64,000 bases of DNA, taken from positions 99,450,001-99,514,000 of the forward strand of contig CM052817.1 of NCBI GenBank assembly GCA_028534125.1, written 5' to 3'. The translations under genes were made by a program, and so were the position numbers. This DNA comes from Lama glama. Taxonomy: Eukaryota. The notes under the pieces are model-generated. The model was not told where the DNA came from. It made no database searches and saw only the letters and a list, made by a program, of their open reading frames with translations. Positions 13,729-28,015 of the stretch are shown piece after piece (the stretch's first letter is position 1; each line of letters starts with the position of its first letter).

Positions 13729-14374
13729 ATGGTCATCATTTGACTTGCTTACTGAGAGTTTGTTTCAAAAGACACCCCTGGGCAGATGAAATACTAAAAA
13801 TAGTAAAATTGCAAAGCTCCCTGTCAGTACAAATGAGATTTCTATGCATGTTACTAGCATTTCATCTAAATGATTAAGAACATATGAAGAATTAAAATTC
13901 AAAGAATGGTAGTATATCATTATATGTTGTTTCCTTTAAGTGGGTAAGGGTTGGAAGAAAAAAAACTGGCTGCCTTTCACCATCCCACAATATTCTACAA
14001 TTCTAAAAGCTCAGAAAACTCACTTAAATACCAAAATCTAAAACACTACCTGCCATATATAAAATTTCCCATGAATCTATATTTGGTTTTGGTAATAGAG
14101 GATTGCTTTCTAAGATTAAAAACTGCTCATCTGCCTGCATATATAAATGTTAAGGATTTGAGAAAGAAGAAAAATGACAAATTTTCTTTACTTACAATTT
14201 CTTCATTGACCCGCAGTAGAACTCCATTTTCTGGAATTATCTAAAGTAATAAACTTCCAATGTATTACTAGGTAGGAAATAACATGGCCTAATGTTGCCT
14301 AAATTGGTACTATAATTTATTCACTGGCTATTTTATACCAAGTGCTTTGTTATATATGATAGTTATAAATCAAA

Positions 14375-16330
14375 GTTCCAGCAAGACAGTGAGTGGACTA
14401 AGATGACCTAAAAACTATCACTTCACAAACATCTACAAATACTAGGTAAATATAACAACAACAAAAAAAAAAACCACTTTTCAATGTAGAGTTGAACTTG
14501 CAAGAAAGGCCAACTCCAAGAGACAAAAAAGAAGAAGAAACAGGAAAACAATACATTTGAACTGCCATTACAACTGCTGAAGGGGTTCAGGAAGAGAAGC
14601 TAGCAACCTAGAGACTTGAATTTCAATGCCTATGTAGAAATACAAAATAAAGTATGGTGCCTACTTAAAGAATGAAATCTCCATGAAAATATGGGACTCT
14701 CAAAGGTGAAAAAACAGATCCTCCCCACAACCTGCCCTGCCAAAAGAAAAAAAAAATCCTTCCACTGGTACAGGGAAATTCCAAATAACCAGTCTCTGGC
14801 TGGGCTACTTATCTTTTAAAAAAAAAAGTCTCCTCTGAAAAAATAAAATCCTGGAATGCTCTTTACATAAGTTGGGAGTTCAAATTTACACTACTGGCAT
14901 GAACGAGAAACCTCAGGCTGATTTTTTTTTTTTTAATGATCCCAGGTACAACATATTCCTGAGGCCACTGGTAAATAAAGCCAGTATTTCAGGTAATAAA
15001 CATTTCTTAAGCACCTGTTACATGTAAGTACTCTTGTAGGTGCTGCAGATGCAATGGATAAAAGTAACAGAAAATCTCTACTCTTACGGAAGAAATAACG
15101 GAGGGAAACTGGTATACATAAAGTACATTGAGTTGTATATTAGAGGATAAATCTATTTTTAAAAAATCAGGGAAGAGGATTAAGAAGTGTTATGAGAGGG
15201 CAAAGAGAGAGAAGTCCAGAAAGATACTAAACTTCCACCAAAAAAAAAGGTGTCTTCTGTACAGATCAGGGAACTATATTCAATATCTTATAATAACCTT
15301 TAATGAAAAAGAATATGGAAACAAATATATGTATGTATATGCATGACTGGAACATTGGGCTGTACACCAGAAGGTGACACATTGTAACTGACTGTACTTC
15401 AATAAAAAATACATAAAAATTTTAAAAAAAATTCCACAAACTAATCTAGATAGGATTCCCACGAATAAAATCCAACTAAATATTAGGTCACAATCCAATA
15501 TTACAAAACAACCTTATAAACAACCCCCCACAAGTAGATGATATAAGTATTAGACAATAACTTAAATATTAGAAAACAAAAGCAGTATATTTTAATAACT
15601 AAAAATATAAAAGAAACAAGGCAGTAAAAAAAATAGAAGATTCTATCCTTAAAACAAGGATTATACAGATTTGAAGAAATTCTAAAAATAGTCACTAAAA
15701 TTAAAAACTCAAGAGGTTAGACTACAGCTTAGATGAGATGAAGAACTCAGAAGAAAAAACAAGAATCAAAGGAAAGACTGAAAATATGAAAGATTAAAAG
15801 ACACGAAGGATAGAAAGAAGAAAACCAGTATATCATGTATTATAAGTCCCAAGATATAAATAGGTAAAATGAAGAAAAGGCATTACTCATGAGAATTCTC
15901 CAGAACTAATGCAAAACATGAATCCTCAGACTCAGAAAGCACAACCACCCCTAGACAAGTTATGGTGAAACTACCAGCTCCAAAGTCAAAGAAAAAACTT
16001 GAAAGCAACCACAGAGTCAGATTATCTGTAAAGTTAATTTAGAATGGTAACAGTGACAATTTCAACAATAAGAGAGACTAGAGGAGAACAGAATAGTATC
16101 TTCAAAATAGTAACAGACTGACAACTAGAATCCTGCAATCACCAAAACAACATTCAAGAGTAAGGGCAAAATACGGACATTTTTAAACAAATACAGAGTT
16201 TACCACTAAAAGACCCTCACTAAAAAGAACTGCTAAAGAATACACTTCAGAGCGAAGTAAAACCGAGAAATAGTGAGATGTAAGATATACTTGGAGCCAA
16301 CCATTTAGTAAACATATTGGGAAATCTAAG
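14375..16330 (+). mobile_element. Old L1ME-like 5'/ORF1 remnant with nested young L1 3' end (~15250-15430)
   Basis: A-rich degenerate ORF1-like sequence (gagaattctccagaactaatg...atgaatcctcaga). The nested copy matches the camelid L1 3' UTR. Confidence 0.7.
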
Positions 16331-18698
16331 AACTATGAAGAGATACAATCTTCCTTGTTCTCCAGTATTCAGTGTCCCTCCAAGCAAAAAGATTATATAT
16401 ACACCAACCTTGTGAAACTCACACATGGTATGGTAAACTCAAGCATGGACGTGTGATGTCCTTTAGTCAATGAAATGTGAACGAAGTGACTTGTCACTCT
16501 GAGCAGAAGCTCTGGCCCTATTACACATGGTTCATCATGTTTTCTTTTCCTTTCAAGGGCAATCAAAGCTCAATATTATACAAATGAAGTTTAAGGCAGA
16601 GAATGGCAAGAGATAAGCCAAGATCCAAATTACTTACATGTCATAGTAAAGAACTTGCCTTTTTCCAGAAGAGAATGGAAAACTATAGAAGGATTTTGGA
16701 AGAAAAACCAAATGGTCAGATTTTCACTTTAGACAAAACACACCAGCAGCTGTGGAGGGTATTTGATAAGAGAAAAGACTAGAGAAATAGGAACAGGAAA
16801 TTATTATAATTATTTAGGCAAGAATGACGAGTACTTGAACTAGGTTAGTGGTACTAGAGATGCAGAGGACAGAAAGGATTACAGAAATATTCAGTATTCC
16901 AAAACATATCCCAAACAGGAGCATTCAAATTAATGACTGAAGGTTATTTAAGACCAAATCACAGTCAATATGCTCTGTTCAATACAGCAAAAAAGAAAAC
17001 AAGAAATTTAGTTCTACTGAAAAAGGTCAAAATAGAAATGTATTGGCAAAAAAAAAAAAAAAGAAAGTACAGTAATAATTCATCTACATGGCACCTATCA
17101 CCTCATTCCAGATAAGGTGAAATCATAGAAGAAAAAGCTAATAATGCATTGTATTTCACTTACGTATTGGCATTAGTCCTCTTAGATGGTTTAGATAGAT
17201 AAGAGGGGAGAAGATAAAGAATTCCTTGTGAAAAATTTACAACAGCACCATCCTCTCCTATTAATGTAATCAATGTGGTCAGTATATAAAAGTCACAATG
17301 ATGATTAACCTTCTACTTTCTCAGCATATCAACAGACAAAAATAAGAGCAGGGTATACTGGTGAAATACCAGAAAATAAATCTAAATAAATTGAAGGACA
17401 CAAGAATAGTTGAAGAAATGTGGTGCCCAGGGGCTAAAGAACTTACACTGTAAGCTCCATATAGGTAAGGTCCATATTTGCCTTGTTCATTGTTTTATTC
17501 CCAGCACCATACTTGGACCCCATCTCTGCTCCATAAATATTCATTGAAAGAATGAATGGATCAATCTCACTGGAAATAATGTTTACTTTTTCATGAAAGG
17601 GGTAAGTCTAGATAAAATAGCAATATGTAAAAATGTCCCACTTTAAAATACTATTCATTGTGATTCTTTGACTTTGACATCTTACTTGAAAATTTAAATG
17701 TTAATCCCCCGTTAAATTCACACCCTAATCTACAGGAAAAAAGAGTAAGCTTGTCTCCAAAATTTGGTAACTTTACCCAGTAAATTTATCATGGAAGCAA
17801 ACCAACTTTAAGGGAAGGTCATTTGAATACTAGAAGCCCATTAATACATCTTGACAAATACTGAAGACAACATCTGGTATTCTCTTCCATAACTGATTAA
17901 CAAGAGTGTCATCCTTTCCTATTAATGTGCTCAATGTGGTTAGTACATAAAAGACAAAAAAAGATGATTAAAATTCCACTTTTTTATATGATCAACAACA
18001 TTCAAGGTCATTTCAATCATGCAAGGTAAGTCAACTAAATCTGGACTGAGAGTAAAAAGCAAACACCAGCACCTTGCATAATGATTAACTGTCATTAATT
18101 CCATTCAATTTGAGTATCACATTCCTTAAAAAACCCCTTTTCCTAGTACACATTTTAGGTTATTTAAAAAGGAAAACAAACAAACCCTACCTGCCACAAG
18201 CCAAGTCTTGACTATATTAGGCAAGTTTTAAACAGTCTAGATACCCTTCCAGACTCACTGTTCTATCACATGACTGAAAGATGCCTTAAGCCACTATTTC
18301 ACATTTAAGGTTCTTTGCAATTATACATTATATATGGGTTAGCGGTTAAGAGCTCAGATTGTAGACTCCCTGAGTCTGAATCTCAGCAATATTACTTGCT
18401 CAATATGACTTGAGTAAATTACTTATCCTCTCTCATCATTTATAAAGTGAATATTACAACAGTACAGTCCAATCTGCCATAACTTACATCTTTGCCTTGA
18501 ATCACTTTCCACAGGATTGTTAAAGAGTAGAATAATGTAGGTATAGTGTAGAAGTGAGGTTGGTCCGTGTGTAATTTCTTCCAACAGAATTAAAGAGAAA
18601 TACTTAGCAATACATAAAGATCTTAAGACAACCTGAAAATTTACAGAACTACTTTCTTTTAATGCAAACACTGCCGGGTTTAATGACTGCAAGAACTA

Positions 18699-18916
18699 CA
18701 GCTGACCCTTGAACAACACAGTGATTAGGGGGCCAACCCTCCACACAATCCCAAATCCACCTATAACTTATAGTCAGCCCTCCAGATACAAGCTTCCCCC
18801 ATATCCTGGGATTCAACCAACATGGATCACGGAATACTGTAGTATTTGCTACTGAAAAAAATCCACACATACGTGGATTCACACAGTTCAAACCCATGCT
18901 GTACAAGATTCAAGTG
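18699..18916. mobile_element. TcMar-Tigger2 MITE (MER8/Tigger2a-like)
   Basis: Terminal inverted repeats CAGCTGACCCTTGAACAACA / TGCTGTACAAGATTCAAGTG with TA at both ends. Confidence 0.88.
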
Positions 18917-21070
18917 TACTATGCTTTTTCCACAACATTAAGTATCTGACAATCTGCAAGTACAGATGAAGAAATGCAAAGGCATTTCCCCCTGATTTAA
19001 AGCAATGAATTAATGAAGAAAGCTACACCTTGGATCAGATTTTTTAGTACCAATAAAAATTTTCTCTGTCAGAAGCTAAAGAAACCAGACCTACATCTCA
19101 AAGATAGAAGCATAAGTTTCCAGGGTTAATACCACAAGTGACTGTGATTCAAAGGCAAAAACATCAGTAGAGAGGTAACCTTGCTAGTATTTTCATTAAG
19201 GTTATTATTGATTTTGCTAGTATTCTAGTTACAAAATTCCAGAGGATTTGAATGGCCCACCTCAACCCTATTTTTACCCCCATAAGCCCTGTTATTTTTA
19301 GTCCACTGTTGATGAACACAAGACATTTTGGCAGAAACACCTACACCTATCTGATTGTGACAATTGTGAGAAGTAAACTGGATTAATAAGCATGTCAAAC
19401 AGAACCTGCACACTCCATAAATCTTAGCTAATGCTATGATCTATTATAACTCAAAAATAATGAATTAACTTCCCTCAAAAGCACACAAATTATCAATACA
19501 TTTTATCCCTACCTCAAGAGCCACAGATCATCTCACCATTACTGAAAATTACAACTTACCCCCCAAAAGCTTGAAAAACAATTAAGAACCATAAGTTCAC
19601 CAAATGTTTTAGTAAACTATCAAAATAACCCACTTACACTTCTGGTCACAGGCAGTGCCTCGCCCCTCCACTGACAAGAAAGTCACCTACAGTAAGGAAA
19701 ATTATTCTGAAATGCTTTGGATTTGGGGTCTGCTTTATACCTATTAATCTCACAATAGTATGATCTAAGAAAATGAGTTTGTGATAGTGTTAACAATAAT
19801 TTTATAATATCTTTATATAATTTTCTTTAATAATACTTTCTCCATTTTAGACACCAATGAGCCTCACTGGTGCCTACTGACTCTAGAAAAGGTCTGTTGC
19901 TGTCCCATTGAAACTGATTACTATAAGGATTAACTTTTCAAGTTTCATGTATCAACATTAAATCAACACTTAAAAAATGCTTTGTGTTAAAAAGTTTTAT
20001 AAATGTATGTATAAGCTCTGAGATAAATGACTATTTTTACTCATGATAGTGAAGACCAAAACTGATAAAGATTGGCTTCAATTAGGTAATATATATAGGA
20101 TTTAAGATAATATATTTATATTACTTTATGAGAAAAGTCTTTTCACTAGAAACAACAAAATACCTCATCAGGGGCCATAGCTATAAGAGATTTAATGTAC
20201 TTTATAAATAAAAATACCACACCACTGAAGTCATTAATCATGAACAAAGATCTTATTAGGCAAGGAGAAAATCTTTTTCAGTTCTCAGGCAACAGATTTA
20301 TCTCTAACAAAATGTAAATAATTGAGACTTCATCAGTTTTTCATCTTTCTGTAAGAATTTACAGAGAAAATATGGCCCCTCACTTCTCTCTAAAACTAAA
20401 TTACTAAAAGACTGATGAGATTAGTCTGAGAAATAAATGCAAAAATCCAGGTGCAACAGAGACAACGAAGCTCATAGCTTGAACATCAGATCGTTACATA
20501 AGTTTAAAAGTAATTTGGTATCTAATTTCCTACCCAAATTAAGAATCCACTCTATAAAATCCCCAATATGGAATCTTCTAAAACATCTAGTAACAAGAAA
20601 TTCTTTACTTTATAAAGCACATTTTAATCACATATATTATTCTAAGACAAATCCAATTAAATCTTTGAGGAATCAAAACAGATACACATACACAAAAAAG
20701 CTATTTAGAATCTAAAACTAGGAATGTTTTATGAAATTAGTTTAGTCAAAAACAAAGAATTTGTGTACTCTCAACAGTGTATTTCTTTGTACCAATTCCT
20801 TCTTTTATTTTGTTTTTCACTTCATATTTTGTCTCAACAGCTTTTAAACCAAAGACTCACTGATAGGTTTCTGAGTATATAATTCCATTAAATGAGAGCT
20901 AATGAAATAAAACTAGAGTAAAAGGTAAAAACTACTTAAAAAGCACGTTATAAGAGTCTATTTTGAAAATAATGAAACTGCTCTTATTAAAGGTAAAACA
21001 GATACTAAGGGAATTTTAAATTATACAATGAAAAATGCAAGTCACCTGACAAGCATCTTCATAAGAAATA

Positions 21071-21756
21071 GAAAACAATAAAAGAAAAATAATGCCATTC
21101 ACAGCAACATGGATGGACCTAGAGGTCATCACTTTAAGTGAAGCCAGAAAGAGAAAGAAAAATATCATATGATATCACTCATATGTGGAATCTTTAAAAA
21201 AAAAAAAAAGGACGTAAATGAACATATTTACAAAACACAGACTCAAAGACATAGAAAACAAACTTATGGTTACCAGTGGGGAAAGGAGGTGGAAAGGGAT
21301 AAATTGGGAGTTTGAGATTTGCAGATACTAACTACTATGCATAAAATAAATAAACAAGAAGTTTATACTGTACAGCACAGGGAACTATATTCAATATTTT
21401 GTAGTAACCTATAATGAAAAAGAATATGAAGATGAATATATGTATGTATATGTATGACTGAAACATGCTGTACACCAGAAATTGACACAACACTGTAAAC
21501 TAACTATACTTCAATTTAAAAAAAAAAAGCATGGGAAAAAAAGTTTAGGCTTATATACACACTACTGTATATAAAATAGATAAACAAGGATTTACTGTAT
21601 AGCACAGGGAACTATATTCAGTATCTTATAATAACCGTAATGGAAAAGAATCTGAAAAAGAACATATATATGTGTAACTGATTCACTTTGATGTACACCT
21701 GGAACTAATAACATTGTAAATCAACTATACTTCAATTAAAAAAAAAAAGAAAAGAA
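21071..21756 (+). mobile_element. Two tandem L1 3' ends
   Basis: First ends in poly(A) at ~21528. Second, of a different subfamily, spans ~21545-21756 with its own poly(A). Confidence 0.9.
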
Positions 21757-21965
21757 AAGAAATACGTGTTAAGATTTTAACAACATACCTTCTGCACAAA
21801 AGAACAATAGCTACTAGGCTTCCTAATGAATATAATTTATTTAATGAAGAGATTAATTTAACGAACACTTTTAAAGTACTGACAAGCACTGTGAAAAGTT
21901 CTGAAGGTACAAAGATAAATTATTGCTTATCTAAGTATGTACTATAAAATAAGAATGTATTCTGG

Positions 21966-22056
21966 GGGAAGGGTAGCTCAAGCGGCAGAGCACATGCTCA
22001 GCACCCAAGAGGTCAGGGGTTCAATCCCCAGTACTTCCTCCAAGCAGAAATTAATG
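21966..22056 (+). mobile_element. tRNA-Ala-derived SINE (Vic-1-like)
   Basis: A box tagctcaagcgg, B box ggttcaatccc; perfect 15-bp TSD AAGAATGTATTCTGG at 21951-21965 and 22057-22071. Confidence 0.92.
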
Positions 22057-22569
22057 AAGAATGTATTCTGGACATTTTTCTTTCAAGCACAAAAACTATT
22101 ACAAATATTGTAGAGTCTATACATGAAAAGAAATACTTTATAATATAAAAATTAAACATATTTGATCAGTTCAGGTAGGTCAGTATGAGAAACAAAAAGC
22201 TTACTTAGTTTTCCTTTCTGTGAATTCACAATCAGAAAAAATTTCAGATTTTTCAGTTCCCAACCTATTTAACATGGACCTATTTATTCAAAAGGAAACA
22301 AGACTGCATACTTGCAGGAGCCAAAGTTATCAATTCTATCACTTCTAAGAAATATGAAGTTATTATTATAATGCACCAATTCACCCAAATGTCTTTTAAT
22401 TTTCTACATTAATAAACAAGCTAACAATATCTACTCATGAGCTATATAAATACTTATATACTTTAAAACATTTATCCTCTTCTGGACATTTCAATACAAA
22501 AATGCCTACAGAAACACTTTAATAGCAGCAAAAAAAAAACATTTACTTAAAAATAATTCATCTCCTCAT

Positions 22570-23160
22570 ACATTCAAAACTACAAAACATTAATGAAAGA
22601 AACAGAAAGAGAAACTGGCAAGCTCATCCTACAATTCACATGGAAATGCAAAGGACCTAGAATAGCCAACAATCTTGAAAAAGAAAAACAAAGAGGTTAT
22701 ACATCCCTATTTCAAAACTTACTACAATGCTACAATAATCAAGACAGCTTGATACTGATAGAAAAATTTACATATAGATCAACAGAAAAGAATCAAGAGT
22801 CCAAATAAATCCTTACACTTATGGTCAACTGATATCTGGCAAAGATGCCAAGACAATTTAATGGGAAAGAATAGCCATATCAACAAATGGCAGTGAGACA
22901 GCTGGATATCCATATACAAAAAGATGAATTTATCTTACTCTTCTTTCACATCATACAAAAATTAACCCAAAATAGATCATAGACCTAAATGTAAGAGCTA
23001 AAACTATAAAATGTCTTGAACACAGGATGTAAATGTTCTAAAATTAGATTGTCGTAATGATTACACAACTCTGGAAACTTACAAAAATCACTGAATTGTA
23101 TACTTAAAACAAGAGGATTTCATGGTATGTAAATTAGACCTAAAAAAAGATGTTTAAAAA
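22570..23160 (+). mobile_element. Old L1 ORF2 fragment joined to 3' end
   Basis: ORF 22593 KLILQFTWKCKGPRIA is L1 ORF2-like; disrupted. Confidence 0.85.
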
Positions 23161-23599
23161 ACAAGTCACCTCTACGTCAATTAAAAAGTGATCTCTAAAA
23201 ATGATAAAAGGTATTAAATAAATTCCAAAGTAAGACTGACATAGTATATTAAAGAGCCATTACAGCTAATAATGGCCATATAGAAACAAAAAAATTAATA
23301 GGTTGGAATATGATGATTGTAACTATGTAAAATTACAAATATTACAATAATAGCAAATAGTTATAAAAGCACTTAATGTGCCACACATTATTCCTGGATG
23401 CTTTACAAGTATTTACTCATTTAATCTTTGCTACAATGTAGTTTCCCCATTGTACAGCTGGGGAAAGTAAGGCACAAAGAGGTTAAAAAAAATTGCTCAA
23501 GAGCACAAAAGAGAGTTAAGGTAATGATTTTTTTTTCTCTTTACACAAACATCTCTAACATGAGTATTATTATGCATTTGAAAAAAGAATAGTGGACAT

Positions 23600-24090
23600 C
23601 ACTGGTGGCCTATCCAGCATCCATGCACCCTTCGAACTTCCTACAGACGTCTGTGTATTCACTCGTCCCCACACAGCCCAAGTTCTTTAGAGGAAACTGA
23701 CCCCATCCTCAGGTAGAGCAGCTGGTCCTGATTTGCTTAAGCCAAACAGCACATTTCAATGGCCACAGTCAAGAGTGCAGTGGACTGATCAAGACTCTTG
23801 TCTGGAAGGTTAGGACAGAGAGACTCTCTCTCTCAAGAGATGTGAACAAGAATACACAGGGACCCAACTGCCAGTGGCAGCCATCCTACAACCATGAGGG
23901 GAACAGCAACAGATGGAAGCTGACATCACAGAGAGAAGAAAAGCAACAGAAAGAAACTGGTCTTTAATGTTATTGTTACTGTAAATCTTGCCCTACCTTT
24001 GGACTTCCAGATAAATGAGCCTAAAAATCCTTTTCATTGTGTTTAAACCAGTTTGAGTTTTCTATTATAGAATGACACACAAACTGATGT
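23600..24090 (+). mobile_element. MaLR LTR (MLT1K/L-like)
   Basis: ggcagccatcctacaaccatgagggg...ggacttccagataaatgagcc...tttaaaccagtttgagttttct. Confidence 0.7.
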
Positions 24091-27000
24091 GGGGGGGGAG
24101 CCCATTAACAAGCAAGTTTCTAGAATAAATTACTCAGGAATTTATTTATGATGTCAAGTATTAAGGAGGAAATAATTCTAGATACATTAAAATAGAAAAA
24201 TGATGAGTACCTTTCATATAAAAGCTTAAAAAGAAACTACCTGCAATTTTGTGTGTCCCAAACAGTATTTTTTAATACTTTGATATTTAAAATTTTATTT
24301 TTTAAAAATCTAGACTTCTAATTCTTCCTGAAAAATCAAAAGGTACGACATCACTGGGCCCATGTCACTACAGGACAACAACCAGCTAAAATGGAACAGC
24401 AGCTGCCCCTACAAGTATACTTTTTGTACACAGTCAATACAGACGATGCCTTTGTGTGATCTGCTCAGCTCCTGTAGGTATTAAGAGTTTGCACCATTAA
24501 TATCTAGCAGAACCTGTATCAAATGCCACATAATGAGTAATGAAAAATTATATTCCATCTTCTAAGCTTTAATATTTCAACTAATAGTTACTTTTTAAAG
24601 AAAAAATTTTATGAAAACATGTATTTGTCACCAGCCCATGGGAAACACTATTCTTGAATTAAGTCTCATTGAATGCCTGTAAATACCTGGTGGGAGCCTT
24701 AAACTCAGAAGCAACTTCCTGAAAACAACCCAATACATTAATTATTCTGGGTCTAAAAGTATGACAAATTACTTCAACATACAGATGGAGAAAAAATAAA
24801 ATGGTTTTAAACTGCAACAAGAAAACTGTAAAGGTTGACCAAAAGTTTGAAACACTTGAATACACAGGTGTACTATTAATTAAAACTTATCTATAAAACA
24901 GATTTGCAAAGGAAATTACAAGGGTGGTAAATTCCAAAGAAATTTTTAACAACAGTGTTAAGGTCAAGCTACATTAGCAAAGTTAGGGGCAACACTTTGT
25001 AAAGACCTCTGAAGTTATATGGCTCTACCAGTTACTATTTGGACGACCCTTGGGGAGGGGAGGTTGTTTAATTTTAACAGTACAAACTATCATTTAAAGT
25101 AACTAATATGTAATCAGAATCAGAAAGACTCAGTAGAATAATATAACCTATTTTAATAAAATGCCTGAAAAACAGGAAAAAGTTATGAAAGCTGTGAATA
25201 ATAGTTTAAACTTACTAACGGAAAATCCAGTGAGGAAAGGCTAAGGAGGAGCACACAGGAGGATTCAGTGATACCAGTAACAATGCCAGCTCTTTAAGTT
25301 ACATGGAAGTTTCACAGGGCTTATATGGTTGTAATAGTTCATTACATATTCTTTTGTCTGTATCCTACTTTTCACAATTTTATAAATTTTAATCCAACAT
25401 ATTGATTGTAAAAAAAAAACACAGGTTTATAATCAATTTTCTGCAGCCACATTCTGAGTGAAAAACCTAAAAAAATTTTTTTTTTACTTTTAAGGCGTTT
25501 TTTAAGCAGTTTTTAAAAAGCTGTTTGAATGGTAAATAAGTGAAATCTGAACAAGGTTTCACCACTCTTATTTAGCAGGACAAATGATTTTCCCTTACAT
25601 TGGGGAAAGCTGTGCCTAAGCTACAAATACCTGCTTAGGGAAGCGAACACTACCTCAACTAGAGACAGGTGTGTTGTATTCCTAGAAGTGTTGCCATTCT
25701 AAGAAACACTAATCTGTCTCACCTTTCAGTGTTTCAGTTTCCTCATCTATCAAATGAGACCTATGTATTAAAGAGCTGATGAGGGAAGAATTCAAAAACA
25801 TACGTAAAGCACCTGGCCCACATTAAATTGTAATAAGCTGTTTTAAATCACACTCATTATGAGTTAATCTTTTTCTTTGAGTAGAACTGAGACTAAGGCC
25901 AATCAATTAGGAAATACTTAAGTGCAGAAGTACTAACAACACTGAAATGGACTAGCTTACCAGATTCCCAGTATTTCAGTTCCCAAGATTCTCTAAAGAC
26001 TGGCCAAGACCCTAGATAGCCAGCGAGGAGCCTGAAAAGTATTGTAAGGGAGAATGGAAAGAAAAGAACTAATCCAATCCCTTCAGCAATTTTCTCTACT
26101 CTACGTGAGAAGAGAAGGATGGTGAAGAGGAGGTGTAACTGAACAGATTTTCCCTCTCCTTCTACCCAGACACCTACTGCCCCCACCCCAAAAAAGTAGC
26201 TATGAAGGACTTAGGCAATAACCTTAAAATCTCTACCAGGCCTACAGTGTAGGCAGCATGTAAACAAAATATTTTACTACAGAACTTGGATTTTCCTTAA
26301 TGATTAAATGCAGGTGACTCATGTGTGGTCATCCACCTCCACAGAGGACATTCTAAAGAACAGAGGAGTTGGAATCCTCCTCCTGCCAGAAGAATGTTGT
26401 GTTTCACAGACGAACAACTACTTATGGACTATATCACTACCACAGATTTCTCTTTATCATCCAAGATATATGAGGTTTAGAAAAAGAAAAAAAAAGTGAG
26501 AAGTTTTCAAGTCTGTTTTGAGGTAAAGGAATACAGCAATTTGCTATTTAACTCCTTGAGATTCACAAACTTTCAAAGTCCACATACACACAAGATCCCC
26601 AAAATGCTTACAACTATTGAAGGTAGATTGAAAGACACCAGAGTTCATTATACTGTTCTATTTTTGTGTACTTTTGAACATTTCCATAATACACAGTTTA
26701 AAAAATAGGTATATGTGTGTGTCAGTATTTGCATATTAAAAAACCACCAACACAACGAACTAGTAGAGAAATACTCTATTGTTCAAAATTCTCTTACGCC
26801 ATAGGTAACTGAATTTCATCTAGCTACTTTCTCCTTCTGGAAGTAGTACCACAGGTGACTCGCCTATTAGTAAAGGCCTAATGAAGGAAATAATTAACTG
26901 TCCTGAATAAAATAAGTCTCACCTTGAAAACATAGAGGCAAAGGGGAAAGGTGCTAAACAGTTACTAAAACTACTGTGCATTCATTTTTGTTCCCATCTG

Positions 27001-27505
27001 TTATCTTCTAATACAGGTGAGTAGGTGGAAAAGGGGGAAGTATCTTAAGGCCAAATTTTACTTTTTATTCTTTACTTTGATGGGCAAGAGATTTGAATAC
27101 AGAAGCCTAAAAAGCCCCCATTAGAAATAACCGTTTCTAAGACTGGAATAGGGAAAAAAGGAAGTATTTTATATCCACCTTTTAAAAATAAAATTCATAG
27201 CTTGTAGTAGTATAACCAGCAACCTCCAATGACAAACACACTTTGCTGATAAACATGAACTCACAAAACAAAATAAAGACTGTAGTATTTCTGCTGCAAT
27301 CCTCTTTTTAAATTGCCACTCAATTTTCACAAGATGTAACCTCACATTCATTCCAAAACTTAACTTTTGTTAGTTATGTCAAAAAAACAAAACTAGTCAA
27401 AATTAAATACAAATGCTAACTTCGCAGTGTATTAACCTTTCATCAGTCCTATAAACAAAGATTTTCGGTTCAAAAACATGGCAAAACGTGACTCAGGCAG
27501 ACTTA

Positions 27506-27630
27506 GGGTGGGTGGGTATAGCTCAGTGGTAGGGTGCATGCTTAGCATGGGGCATTTCTGGGTTCAACCCCAGTATCTCTATTAAAATAAATTAATAAAT
27601 CTAGTTACCCCCCAAACAAAATAAATAATT
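27506..27630 (+). mobile_element. Vic-1-like SINE
   Basis: gggtatagctcagtggtagggtgcatgcttagcatg...ggttcaacccc plus A-rich tail. Confidence 0.9.
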
Positions 27631-28015
27631 ATGGCAGAATCAAAAAAAGTAGGTAGGACTACCATTTACCTTATTTCTCAAGTCCAAAAAAAGGTCACAA
27701 AAACTTAGTTAAAATGTCAGAGAAATGCAGGGTTAGAGACACAACCCAAGGGGAAAAAAATTATAAAACTCCCCCAGTAAAATCCCCCATAATACTTCCA
27801 TAGCAACAATTATTTCCTTAGTACACTTTCAGAAAACCTGGAGCACCTAAGTTTACATAATTCTCCTTAAACTGAAAAGTACAGGAAATTGTTTCATTTA
27901 GGTCAGGAGAATTTCGTGTTTCTATCATCAGCCTGGGGAAAGCACATGGCTCCAGCTTTAACGTCTTGTTCCCCAACCCACTGAGAATACAGGCTTGTAA
28001 AACAGATCTACTTAC

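Larger units (their letters stand above)
1..28015 (-). other. LRBA: LRBA intron 2 (partial; continues beyond window start)
   Basis: Begins GTAAGT at 28015. AT-rich and repeat-dense. No next LRBA coding exon recognised in the window. Confidence 0.85.

Noticed and set aside
27818..28015. Extension of the LRBA ORF to 137 aa
   Set aside because: Read-through past the consensus GTAAGT donor; similarity to LRBA ends at VFNL
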